In this document: in pieces, positions 18,933 to 28,417 of the stretch | Layout of the letters: the number at the start of each line of letters is the position of its first letter | Position numbering within the stretch: position 1 is the first letter of the stretch | Assembly (NCBI GenBank): GCA_965223665.1 | Contig: OZ245011.1 | Location: forward strand, 544,001-608,000 | DNA length: 64,000 bases | From: Nitrospinaceae bacterium | GTDB lineage: Bacteria > Nitrospinota > Nitrospinia > Nitrospinales > Nitrospinaceae | Direction: 5' to 3' | Made by a program: the position numbers and the translations under genes | Notes under the pieces: generated by a model | The model's input: the letters and a program-made list of their open reading frames with translations, nothing else | What the model was told of the DNA's origin: nothing | Databases searched by the model: none

Positions 18933-21406
18933 TTCAAAAGTTTTTTTTAATTTTCATTTTTTTCCTCATTCTATTGGGAAACATACCTATTACAGAAGCA
19001 AATAAACAAGAACTTCAATCCAAGTATTTAGTTTTTTGGTACACGCAATTCTTATTTAATGAACAAAACCCAGAAAAAAAAATAAAGTTAGCAAATCCAA
19101 TCATTATTTTGAATTTTTTTAAAGTAGATTCAAAAGGTAATTTTTTTGAACGAAAAGAATTGGGATTTCACATAAAGAAAAAGAGTAAGAAAAATGAAAA
19201 AAGTATAATTGGAGGGGGTGCCGATCACGAGAGTTTTTATAAACTCCTTTTTGACGCTTCGGTCAAGGACAAAAAGACTTTAAATACTTTACAGAAAATC
19301 TTTAACTCGGGTTCCAAAAAAAAGATAAATATAAGCTCATATCTTTTAAGGTCTTTTTGGAAAAATTTATTCCAATATTTAAATCGTTCTAAAGACTATT
19401 CCGACTTAAAAAATAATTTTAATTTGCAAGTGTCCCCTGTTCTAGAGCCTCCAAACAAAAACTTTCAAAAAAACTTATTAAGCGAAAATAAAAAAAATAT
19501 TAATTGGTCGAATATCCAATTCCCCCGAGAGTTATTAGAAAAAAACAGTCCTGAATTTAAGAAACTTATTGAGGCCGCAAAAGAAAGGGAAAACACTCAC
19601 AAAGAACCCGAACCCGTTCAACCTAAAGAAATAGAATCCCAAGTCAACGACAACAACACGTCTCCTTTATTAGAGCAACCCAAAGCAGAAGTTCCCTTAA
19701 ATAAGGTAAAAAATTCTAAACCTTCCAACAAAATATTAATTTTTACTTTGATTGTTCTCATAATACTTTTGTGTTTTGCGTTGTTTCTTGTTTTCAAATT
19801 GAGGAAAAGAAACAATAGCTTAAAATTTAAAATCAACGGAATATTTTTAAATTTAAATTATTCGTCCAAGGGGCATGATCAACAAGAAATGAGGAAAAAC
19901 GTTGAAGAGGATAAAACCTATGATGAAAAATACGACTTAATAATATTTGAATTGAAACGTTTAAAAAACTTAGCTAACACCTCCAACTACCAGGAATTTA
20001 TTGACGAAGTAAAAAATCAACTTCAGTTCTCCAACTATTCTTATACCCAATGGGTCGATAGCTTTTCAGATCATGACCCAGCAAAAACTGTAGCTCGGAT
20101 ATTAGGACAACGAATTTTAAATTTACAGAATGAAGTTGATAATTTTAAATCTACAGAAAGCAAAATAACAGAAGAGATAAATGTCCTTTTAAATTCAAGC
20201 GAACCAGAGTTTTCAATTAGTTTTCAACATTTGCTAGATAGTCATAAAGAGTTAAATAAGGAATTAGGAAGCAAAGATAAATCCTTTCAAACTGAAAAAG
20301 AACAACTTAATATCGAAATTGATAAACTGCTGAAAGAAAATAAAGTGTTAGAAAATTTTGCATGCTTTATTAATAAGACGCAATCTCCTTATAAAATAGA
20401 AAAAGGATTGCCTAAATCAGATTCACCGAATTCTCAATCCCCCCTTGAACTTAATAAGTCTAATTCCATTATCACTAAGAAAATGAAACAAATTGTTTCC
20501 ATCCTTAAAGAGTGGGAAAAGCAACGATTGTTTCCCATGGCACTCCCTTCTGCGGAAATCCGCGAAGATTTTATTTTCGATGGGATACAAACAGGAGAGT
20601 ATCTTACAGATATTCAAAATTCCTTAAAAGAAAACCTCAAAATAGTAAAATCCAGGTACAAACAACTCGGTATTAGTCCTTTAGATTTAGATTGTCATTC
20701 ATCGAAGGAAGAAAGTGTTTTCAGTGAAATTAAAGAAAATATTCGTCGGTTAAATACAATTGTAAAATATTTAGCAGAGCACGATACAATCCTTACTGAC
20801 TTATCTTCGACTCAAAAAAAAATAAACAAATTTTACGAAAAAATTATTTGTTTGGATTATGATTCAGAGGAAATTTTTGTCGACGGAAATTTTAACGAAT
20901 TAAAATTTAAACATTGGACGTTTGAGCAATTAGATCCCATTTTACGACAACCTTACCGAGGATTACTCATTTTGTTCCAACGGTATTGTTATTTTTACCC
21001 AAAGGTTGATTCAAAGATGGAAAGTTTCCGAAAAGAAAGTCGCAAAAATATAAAATATGGAAATACTCCTGAAATCAGAACACTCATCCGGTTAGCCAAG
21101 GCCGAAGCCGTAAAAATTGCAGAAATGCTAGGAATTACCTATCACGAAATTGAAATTTTTGAAACAGCTTTCAACAATGAATCCCACAAACTGGATGGTG
21201 GAAATAATATACATGAATACCAAGAAGAATGGGTTCAATTTTTAAGATCGCAAATACAAGAGGGAAAGGAAGATTTATTTGAAAATCGAATTATTGGAAT
21301 CCAATCATTTGGTTTCCAATCTCGACTTGATGAAATTGCAGATGAAAAAAGCGTGGTTCAAATCTTTCAGAAAGCATATAAAGAAAATCTTTTAGGTACT
21401 AAATAA
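18923..21406 (+). CDS. Membrane-anchored coiled-coil protein with a C-terminal divergent GrpE-like domain
   Basis: Signal peptide, Pro/Glu linker, TM ILIFTLIVLIILLCFALFLVF-KLRKR, coiled coil, C-terminal LGITYHEI..FETAFNNESH...IIGIQSFGF...KSVVQI; ATG 18923 overlaps the upstream stop. Confidence 0.6.
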   Translation: MQIIQKFFLIFIFFLILLGNIPITEANKQELQSKYLVFWYTQFLFNEQNPEKKIKLANPIIILNFFKVDSKGNFFERKELGFHIKKKSKKNEKSIIGGGADHESFYKLLFDASVKDKKTLNTLQKIFNSGSKKKINISSYLLRSFWKNLFQYLNRSKDYSDLKNNFNLQVSPVLEPPNKNFQKNLLSENKKNINWSNIQFPRELLEKNSPEFKKLIEAAKERENTHKEPEPVQPKEIESQVNDNNTSPLLEQPKAEVPLNKVKNSKPSNKILIFTLIVLIILLCFALFLVFKLRKRNNSLKFKINGIFLNLNYSSKGHDQQEMRKNVEEDKTYDEKYDLIIFELKRLKNLANTSNYQEFIDEVKNQLQFSNYSYTQWVDSFSDHDPAKTVARILGQRILNLQNEVDNFKSTESKITEEINVLLNSSEPEFSISFQHLLDSHKELNKELGSKDKSFQTEKEQLNIEIDKLLKENKVLENFACFINKTQSPYKIEKGLPKSDSPNSQSPLELNKSNSIITKKMKQIVSILKEWEKQRLFPMALPSAEIREDFIFDGIQTGEYLTDIQNSLKENLKIVKSRYKQLGISPLDLDCHSSKEESVFSEIKENIRRLNTIVKYLAEHDTILTDLSSTQKKINKFYEKIICLDYDSEEIFVDGNFNELKFKHWTFEQLDPILRQPYRGLLILFQRYCYFYPKVDSKMESFRKESRKNIKYGNTPEIRTLIRLAKAEAVKIAEMLGITYHEIEIFETAFNNESHKLDGGNNIHEYQEEWVQFLRSQIQEGKEDLFENRIIGIQSFGFQSRLDEIADEKSVVQIFQKAYKENLLGTK

Positions 21407-21512
21407 AATTTCCATATTTTTTTATTATTTTAAGTGATTAAAAATTTCAAAAAGGATGCCATTTTTGTATTTTGTAATCCTAAATTTCCCATAAATAAAT
21501 TTCTTCAAGCCA

Positions 21513-24500
21513 ATGGATTTTTTTTCACAATTGTTAACTTCAACACCGGGCCTAATCGTATTTACTGGTGGAGGACTTCTCTTTATCTGTTGTTGGTTGG
21601 ATCTCAAAGAAGATTCAGACAAATTTTCAATTAGAACTTATGCAGCACAATTAATTCCGTTCATTACTCTTTTTTTAGTTTTATTGGTTTCTTCACCCTC
21701 CTTGCAAGGGTTTCGTTTTTCGTACAATTATTTTTCCCTCCCATTTTCTGATGACCAAGGCGTAAAAATAGGCGGTAAAGGTAAAAATAGTTTTTTTTTG
21801 AAGGATAAAAAAACCTTTGAAAACACAAATGCATTGCTGTCCTACGTTCAGGTTTTTAAGGATGGTTCTATAGAAACAAACAATAATCAAGAAAAAGGGG
21901 ATTTTCTTCTTTTAGTGAACAAAATCCAATCAGGGAAGGATAACGGATATTTAGGAGGACATCGATTAAAAATTGGAGATATTATAAACGTTAAAAATTC
22001 TAATAATAAAAATTATCAATTAAAGTTTTCTAAAAATAAAGATGGAGATTATTATTTTCAATCGGCCCAACTAAAAAAAGATTATTTATTCGCCAAAACC
22101 AAGTCCAAGAGTTTTACATTAAAAAAAACCTGTCGACCATATTTTTCCAAGGGTAGAGCCTTATATTATTTAGATAATATCTTTCGGCAGATGAATGAAT
22201 CCGCTCAGTCTAGTCCCACTAATCTAAGAAAATTTTATAGAAGCATAATTTTTTGTGATCCAAACCTATCAAAAATTAACGATGGGAAAACGACAAATTT
22301 CATTTTTATCCCTAGAGATAAAGATGCGATCGTCATGGACTCACATAAGCCAATAGTTTCCTTGGAAATAAAATTTCCTGTTCAATTAAAAGTTTATAGA
22401 GTCAGTAAACCCCAAAGAAAGGACTTCGAGAAAATTTGCTATGGATGTTTTCATGGCAAATTAACCACTTACAATAAATTTGAACTTTCACAATCGAATT
22501 TATCTTCTGATTTCCTCCTTATTCGCCCTCAACCGACACCCTTTGTTTTTTTTCATACCGAAACTAAAAAGGAAAGTTTTCAAAATCCCACAATTTCATT
22601 TGGGGCAAAACTAGCAGCATCGAATTTGATCCTCTTAACTCCCTCAAAAGAATTTGAGGATTTCTCCTATAAAATTCACATCGACCGCAAGAAGAAAAAA
22701 ATTACATTCACTGGATCGAATGGTTCTTTATCCGCTAATTTTTCAGAAAATATTTTAATTCCTAAGGATGAAAACTCAGGGCAAATTAATTTAAAGTTTG
22801 AATTATTGGGGTTTCCTTGGTGGTTGATAGGCATCTATTTAGTATTTCTAGCTTTAAAATTATTTTTATTGTGGAATTTAAAATTAAATCCCTCAAAGAC
22901 TCTTTTATATAGCTTATTATCGATTGAATATTTTGTTTTTCTTAAACTTTTATTTTCTTTTAAGGCTTCATTTCTATCACCATATGATATAGAGCCATTA
23001 GAAATAGCAATATTGACTCTTTTCCTTTTTTTAGCAACGATATTAGTGGTACACACCTGGCTTAGTTTCTACTTATTGGTTACAGAAATCATTTTCGATG
23101 ATTTTGCCTCGTCAAAAACATCCAAGAGAAATGTTTATGTAAAGAATCTCTTTTTGAATTTAGGATTAAAATATCTTTTTCTTCTTATTGTTTTTATTGC
23201 GGCAGCTAAATCTCTTCTTTATTTCAAAGCGGGGGAGCACCCTCAGGTGCCGAGCACCCTTCAAGAAATTCTTTCACCAAGTATATTATTATGGATTTGG
23301 CCTCCTGCATTCTTTTTCACATGGGCATTCTCCTATAGTTTCTATAAAAAATTCCGCAATATTTATTTTCCAAAACTCTTTAGGTCAACTAATTCCCCTT
23401 TCAAAAAAATTCTAGAGCATCCTATCGTTGCTCGTATTCGAATAAAGGGAAAGAAACTACTAAAAATCAAAGATCCAAATCATCAACCCTTATTTGCTTC
23501 CATCGTTCAGTTATACCTTTTGCTATTTGTATGTTTTCTAGCCTGGAGTTTTGGAATTAGAGAAAGAATTTCCGGAATGTTCCAGCTTTCGATTATCATT
23601 GTTCCTCTATTCATATTTTTATTTGCGAAAGTGTTTTATAACACATTTTTAATATACTCAGCTGAATTAGAGAATAAGAGAGGAGAAAGCCAACCAAATA
23701 TTTTTCTAGAGTTTTTAATTTGGTTATTTTTTCCCTGCTTAGCATTTTATTCTCATTTAATTGATGATATTGGCCTTTTCGTTCTACTCTCGGTGCCAAT
23801 GATTTTTCTAGCCGTAGCACTAATTCTCGCAAAGTTTAATTTTGTCAAAACAAATTCGATTAGGATAATTATTGGGCAAGTCAAATTTATTCCACAAATT
23901 CTGGGGATTTTAATAATAAAAATAATCGATTGGTTCGCGAAATTATTTAAAAAAATTTTTCCGAACAACCTAGAAACATTTTTTATTTGGAAAAAACGTT
24001 TATTTTTGACGCATCTTCCTCAAATAAAAAAATATTTTTTTATCAATGGAATGATGTTTCTTTTTGTGGGATATATTTTATTTTTAATTTTCCCACAAAG
24101 CTTATATGGGGCATTCTTGTATGTCAAATCTTCTTTCCAAGAAAAACTAGAAATTGTAGAAACCCAACCACAAGGCGGCTTGGATAAAAAGAATTCATTT
24201 CTCGAAACTTTGATCGCTAGCACTGAAAACAAAATGCTTTATCGATTAGCATCTCAAAAAGACTTGGTATCCGCCAAAGGAGATATTAATTTTCAGGGGA
24301 TTGATGAACATTTGTTTTTATTGGAAAGCTATAGCCTTCCGGGAACACAAGTTTCTCAAGTTTTATTTGGAAATGGATACTTGCGAAATAGAATTCACCC
24401 GTCATTAAATAAAGTTGGTTTGAATGATAACGCTGTAGGAGTTTTCATGTTATCAGAATTCGGTTTATTTGGTTTTTTAGGATGTTTGATGGCTTTGGGG

Positions 24501-24776
24501 ATATTTGCCCTGGTTTGGGCTTTTAATATTAAACATTCTCCAAAAATAATTTTTCATGAATATTTGCGCTGGGTGATTTGCTTTTTTCTTTCCAGCGCAC
24601 TTATCATTTACGCTTTTTTATACATGACAGGTGTTAACTATAACGTTTGGCCATTAACTGGAAAAAATATTTATTTTTGGGGATTGAATTCAAAAAGTGA
24701 CTCCCTAGAAGCAATCTTATTATTTGGATTGCTCGTATTTTCTCAAATGTTACTTTCCAAAAAAATAGAACAATAA
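21513..24776 (+). CDS. SEDS-family (FtsW/RodA/SpoVE-like) polytopic membrane protein with a large N-terminal soluble region
   Basis: More than 12 TM segments; FGNGYL, NDNAVGVFMLSEFGLFG, VNYNVWPLTGKNIYFWGLNSKS resemble the SEDS GLG, TDF..EE.G and N.G..P.TG..LPF.S.GGSS motifs. Confidence 0.78.
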   Translation: MDFFSQLLTSTPGLIVFTGGGLLFICCWLDLKEDSDKFSIRTYAAQLIPFITLFLVLLVSSPSLQGFRFSYNYFSLPFSDDQGVKIGGKGKNSFFLKDKKTFENTNALLSYVQVFKDGSIETNNNQEKGDFLLLVNKIQSGKDNGYLGGHRLKIGDIINVKNSNNKNYQLKFSKNKDGDYYFQSAQLKKDYLFAKTKSKSFTLKKTCRPYFSKGRALYYLDNIFRQMNESAQSSPTNLRKFYRSIIFCDPNLSKINDGKTTNFIFIPRDKDAIVMDSHKPIVSLEIKFPVQLKVYRVSKPQRKDFEKICYGCFHGKLTTYNKFELSQSNLSSDFLLIRPQPTPFVFFHTETKKESFQNPTISFGAKLAASNLILLTPSKEFEDFSYKIHIDRKKKKITFTGSNGSLSANFSENILIPKDENSGQINLKFELLGFPWWLIGIYLVFLALKLFLLWNLKLNPSKTLLYSLLSIEYFVFLKLLFSFKASFLSPYDIEPLEIAILTLFLFLATILVVHTWLSFYLLVTEIIFDDFASSKTSKRNVYVKNLFLNLGLKYLFLLIVFIAAAKSLLYFKAGEHPQVPSTLQEILSPSILLWIWPPAFFFTWAFSYSFYKKFRNIYFPKLFRSTNSPFKKILEHPIVARIRIKGKKLLKIKDPNHQPLFASIVQLYLLLFVCFLAWSFGIRERISGMFQLSIIIVPLFIFLFAKVFYNTFLIYSAELENKRGESQPNIFLEFLIWLFFPCLAFYSHLIDDIGLFVLLSVPMIFLAVALILAKFNFVKTNSIRIIIGQVKFIPQILGILIIKIIDWFAKLFKKIFPNNLETFFIWKKRLFLTHLPQIKKYFFINGMMFLFVGYILFLIFPQSLYGAFLYVKSSFQEKLEIVETQPQGGLDKKNSFLETLIASTENKMLYRLASQKDLVSAKGDINFQGIDEHLFLLESYSLPGTQVSQVLFGNGYLRNRIHPSLNKVGLNDNAVGVFMLSEFGLFGFLGCLMALGIFALVWAFNIKHSPKIIFHEYLRWVICFFLSSALIIYAFLYMTGVNYNVWPLTGKNIYFWGLNSKSDSLEAILLFGLLVFSQMLLSKKIEQ

Positions 24777-24779
24777 ATC

Positions 24780-27700
24780 ATGGCCTATTCAAGTGATGAA
24801 AAACTTAATATTTCATTTTTAAAAAGGTGGTCGGTTCACTTGGCTGGCCTTCTTGTTATTTTTTTGTTGTTTAATTTACTGGTTTCTATCGGAAATAAAA
24901 TTTTCAAATTTGCAGCGAGTGATGAATCCACCCGATCTTATAATCCCACCGAGTATAACAAACTAGTTAATCATTTAATTGAAGACGAAAAAATTTGGTT
25001 GTTAAAAAACCAATTAGGCCGGGATGATCAATATAGAATTGCATATTTTCAATGTAAGCATTGCGATAAAAAAAATATCTCTATTCTTCATGAGATTCTT
25101 GAAGCACAAAATAGAAAACAGATTAAAATTCTCGCAACTGAGTTAACTGACAGTCATTTTAAGAAAAGATTACAAGCTTACTATAAACCATTTAATAAAG
25201 AAAAAATCAAAAAAGCTGTTAGGCAATATTTAAAAAACAAAGAAAATTCCTCTGAATGGAATGAAAATTTTCAACGTCTTATTCTAAAAAAAGATATAAA
25301 TGATTTTAATAATGGAACCACAGGTTTATTTAAAATAAGTGACGGTGAATTGAAGGCTATTGAACCAAAAAGTCATTCCATTCCAAAACCCACCCGAGTG
25401 ATTAACCGCTGGAAAGGCGATCTACTATTTAGACCAGAAAAAAATAGTTTTATTGAATTGAATGACCATCGAATTGTATTAATTCCGCCCTCTGGAAACG
25501 AGGTCCCAAAGTGTCTGCCCTTATCACTCAAAAATCTTCCCAGAACAGCAAACTGCATTATCTTTAAAAACATTGTCAAAATTGACTATGGGAAGTGTCT
25601 CGATACAGAAAAACAAAATTCTTTCTATATAATAAACCAATCCGAAGACCACGTTCTGAAAAGAAAGAAATCAAAAAACGAAACTAAGGACATAGAATAT
25701 TTGGGCAATACGTGCACCGTTTTTAATATTGATCGTAAAATGGAATTTACACTGGTTAAAAAAAATCAAAACAAAGAAATTATAAACATTAAATATTATC
25801 CTAATGGAAAAGGTGAAAAAATAAACATTATTCAAAACCAAAATGGCCGAGAAAAGAGAGTCCAATTGAATGATTCTTTTCCAATGAATAAAAACATTGC
25901 CACAGTAATTGATGAGTTAATCAAAACAGGAATCATTTCCCAAGATGACCTTACAATCGAAAAAATCAGTGGGACAGAACATCCCAATATCAATTTAACT
26001 TTGGACCCTTTGCTTCAGGAAAAGTTACAAAAAGAATTAAGTCATTATGCTTTAAACACAAAAATTATCTCAGAAAGACCTTTTAAAGGGTCCATTGCGG
26101 TGATGGATATAAAATCTGGAGATCTATTGGCCTTGGCAAGCTTTCCGGATCCAGCAACGATGGATACCTATAAAAATACTTTGAAATGGCGACAAAACCA
26201 TAAATTGGAATTATATGAAAATAACCAGAATTTCGAGCCGCATTTCATTGGATCTATTACCAAACCCCTATTAGCAGCCACCATATTGAATAAAATTCCT
26301 GATCTAGTTACTTTACGAATTGGAGATTATGGCAAACTTTCTTCCGCCGAAAAAATTCCGAAAGATAAAAAAAACAAATTTTATCCATCAAAAGATTTTC
26401 TGGGATTTCGGTTAAGCAAAGGGATTACTGACTCTTCTTTTCATTTTTATAATGTATCAAAACGAGGGGAATGCGATCGCGGAAGATTTCCAATTGGATT
26501 TCTTGAGTTTTTGAAATATTCAAGTAATCGGTACATGTTTAATCTTTTCTTTTTAGCTGTTGCCCATCAGCTACAAGGAAATCATTTATCTCTGGTAACA
26601 ACTAATCGGCCTTTAGAATGTGGAATAGTAAAGTTGAAGAATGAAACAATAGAGTATCAACCTCAATTTTCCCCATTTTTTGACACTTCGTATAAAAACC
26701 CCATTGTTAACTGGAACCAATTAAAATGGTTGGATGCTTCGATCCGTGAAAACTTTACAATTTTCCCTTCCAAAGATAGGAGAGATGGGGAGAAAGATGC
26801 AAAGCTTTCTAATACCCAAAAGCAGAATTTGAAAATTAAAATGTTAAAAATGGAAACGGATTATTCCCATTGGTTTTCGCTCATTAAAGAAGGTCTTTGG
26901 AGTAATTATGTTTTGAGACAATTCAAAGGAATTTCATATCCAAAAGTTCATTGGAAATTGCATTCAAATCACCACAACCGTCTTAACGATCTTCGAGATA
27001 TATTACTAGGGGCAGGAGAAAACAAATGGTCCAATATTGCCTTGGCAGAGATGTTTGCCACCCTGGTAACCGGAAAAAAGATTAATAGTAATCTGATTTT
27101 CTCTTCTAACGAAAATCACGATGATAACTCTTTCGATGAATTTAAACTGCAACCAGCTATTCGTGAAAAAATTTTGCAAGGTCTTTCATTAGTAATTATG
27201 CCCGATGGAAGACACAGATTTGGTAACCACGGGGGGGGGACAGCCAATTTGTTGTTCAATGAATTTTTTAAAACCAATTTTCCTATGCAAAATGTAAATA
27301 GGGCTATATCTAACTTTGGAAATTTAGAGTATAGAAAGTTAATTCGACGTCAACTAAATATGATGAGCCGAGCCACTTATAAATTTTATGGAAAAACAGG
27401 TACTTTTAACATAAAAAGTAGAAAACGTGGTAAAACACCTCCCTCAGGAGGTGCTTTTATTTTTGCGATTGTAAAATTAAAGAATCAAAAAAAATCTGTT
27501 TCAAAACCAATTAACAAACTTAACGCATCTATTTTAGAAAAGGCCACCGAAGTTTATGATAAAACACGACAACTCGCAAAAGATTTACTGAAAAAAGCAG
27601 AGGATCTCGTAAAAGAAAACAATAGTATTTATAAACAAGGTAACTCAAAACTGAAAATGAGCTATAACAATATTGATCGGGGAGTAGTTGTAGCTATTCA

Positions 27701-27839
27701 TCTCGATTATCTTGGAGACAGCTCTAAATCAGTTAGGTTAGCCAATTGCATTTGGACACACATTATGGAAGTTGTGGAAACCAAACCTATGAAAAGACAA
27801 ACTCAACTCCCTCAGTATTGTAATAAGAAAAATTTATAA
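24780..27839 (+). CDS. Class B-like penicillin-binding protein (transpeptidase)
   Basis: N-terminal TM; LTLDPLLQ, GSIAVMDIKSGDLLALAS; SxxK (SITK), SxN (SSN), KTG (GKTGT). Confidence 0.9.
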   Translation: MAYSSDEKLNISFLKRWSVHLAGLLVIFLLFNLLVSIGNKIFKFAASDESTRSYNPTEYNKLVNHLIEDEKIWLLKNQLGRDDQYRIAYFQCKHCDKKNISILHEILEAQNRKQIKILATELTDSHFKKRLQAYYKPFNKEKIKKAVRQYLKNKENSSEWNENFQRLILKKDINDFNNGTTGLFKISDGELKAIEPKSHSIPKPTRVINRWKGDLLFRPEKNSFIELNDHRIVLIPPSGNEVPKCLPLSLKNLPRTANCIIFKNIVKIDYGKCLDTEKQNSFYIINQSEDHVLKRKKSKNETKDIEYLGNTCTVFNIDRKMEFTLVKKNQNKEIINIKYYPNGKGEKINIIQNQNGREKRVQLNDSFPMNKNIATVIDELIKTGIISQDDLTIEKISGTEHPNINLTLDPLLQEKLQKELSHYALNTKIISERPFKGSIAVMDIKSGDLLALASFPDPATMDTYKNTLKWRQNHKLELYENNQNFEPHFIGSITKPLLAATILNKIPDLVTLRIGDYGKLSSAEKIPKDKKNKFYPSKDFLGFRLSKGITDSSFHFYNVSKRGECDRGRFPIGFLEFLKYSSNRYMFNLFFLAVAHQLQGNHLSLVTTNRPLECGIVKLKNETIEYQPQFSPFFDTSYKNPIVNWNQLKWLDASIRENFTIFPSKDRRDGEKDAKLSNTQKQNLKIKMLKMETDYSHWFSLIKEGLWSNYVLRQFKGISYPKVHWKLHSNHHNRLNDLRDILLGAGENKWSNIALAEMFATLVTGKKINSNLIFSSNENHDDNSFDEFKLQPAIREKILQGLSLVIMPDGRHRFGNHGGGTANLLFNEFFKTNFPMQNVNRAISNFGNLEYRKLIRRQLNMMSRATYKFYGKTGTFNIKSRKRGKTPPSGGAFIFAIVKLKNQKKSVSKPINKLNASILEKATEVYDKTRQLAKDLLKKAEDLVKENNSIYKQGNSKLKMSYNNIDRGVVVAIHLDYLGDSSKSVRLANCIWTHIMEVVETKPMKRQTQLPQYCNKKNL

Positions 27840-28417
27840 AAACTATTTTTCAAAGCAAAGTGTGAAATTTTAAAAATTACAAAATTTTTGTCTTTTTTAA
27901 ATATATAAATGATATTAAAATTAAGTTTAAAAATAAATGCTTCTCCCTTAACTTCTTTGATTTACCTAGTTTTATTTCCATTCATATATTTCAAAAATCA
28001 AAAAATCTTTCAAGTTCGTATGATTACTCAATACAGTTTTTCTAGCGATACAATATCCAATTTGCGTTACAAAAGTGAAAAGTATGGGGAATTACAAGTT
28101 TCACGAAATTTTTTTGACCGAATTCCAATAACCAATTAACTTTTCCTGTTTGAACATCCCGCAGCATGGTGATCAGGCATTTACCTCGGTCGGTTCCTTA
28201 CGTTCACCAAAATCCAAATTTCAACTTAGAGTTTTATAGTTTTTCCTCCCTTTTGCTCTCTAATTACCCATTCTTACCACTCTCTTTTACTCCCCAAAGT
28301 TCTTAAGGAAAAAATACTCAAAAACTGAAATTTTATTAAATTTTTGTCTTGACTTTGTTTGAATTTCGTGGAAAATCACCAAAAATTACTCATTTTGAGT
28401 TTTTTTGGAGGTTTTTT

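Noticed and set aside
21513-27839. Housekeeping ftsW/ftsI or rodA/mrdA
   Set aside because: Both proteins are over 1000 aa and divergent, lie inside an island, and lack dcw or mre neighbours
27909-28139. 76-aa ORF after the PBP
   Set aside because: Low-complexity AT-rich sequence, no RBS or motif; probably spurious
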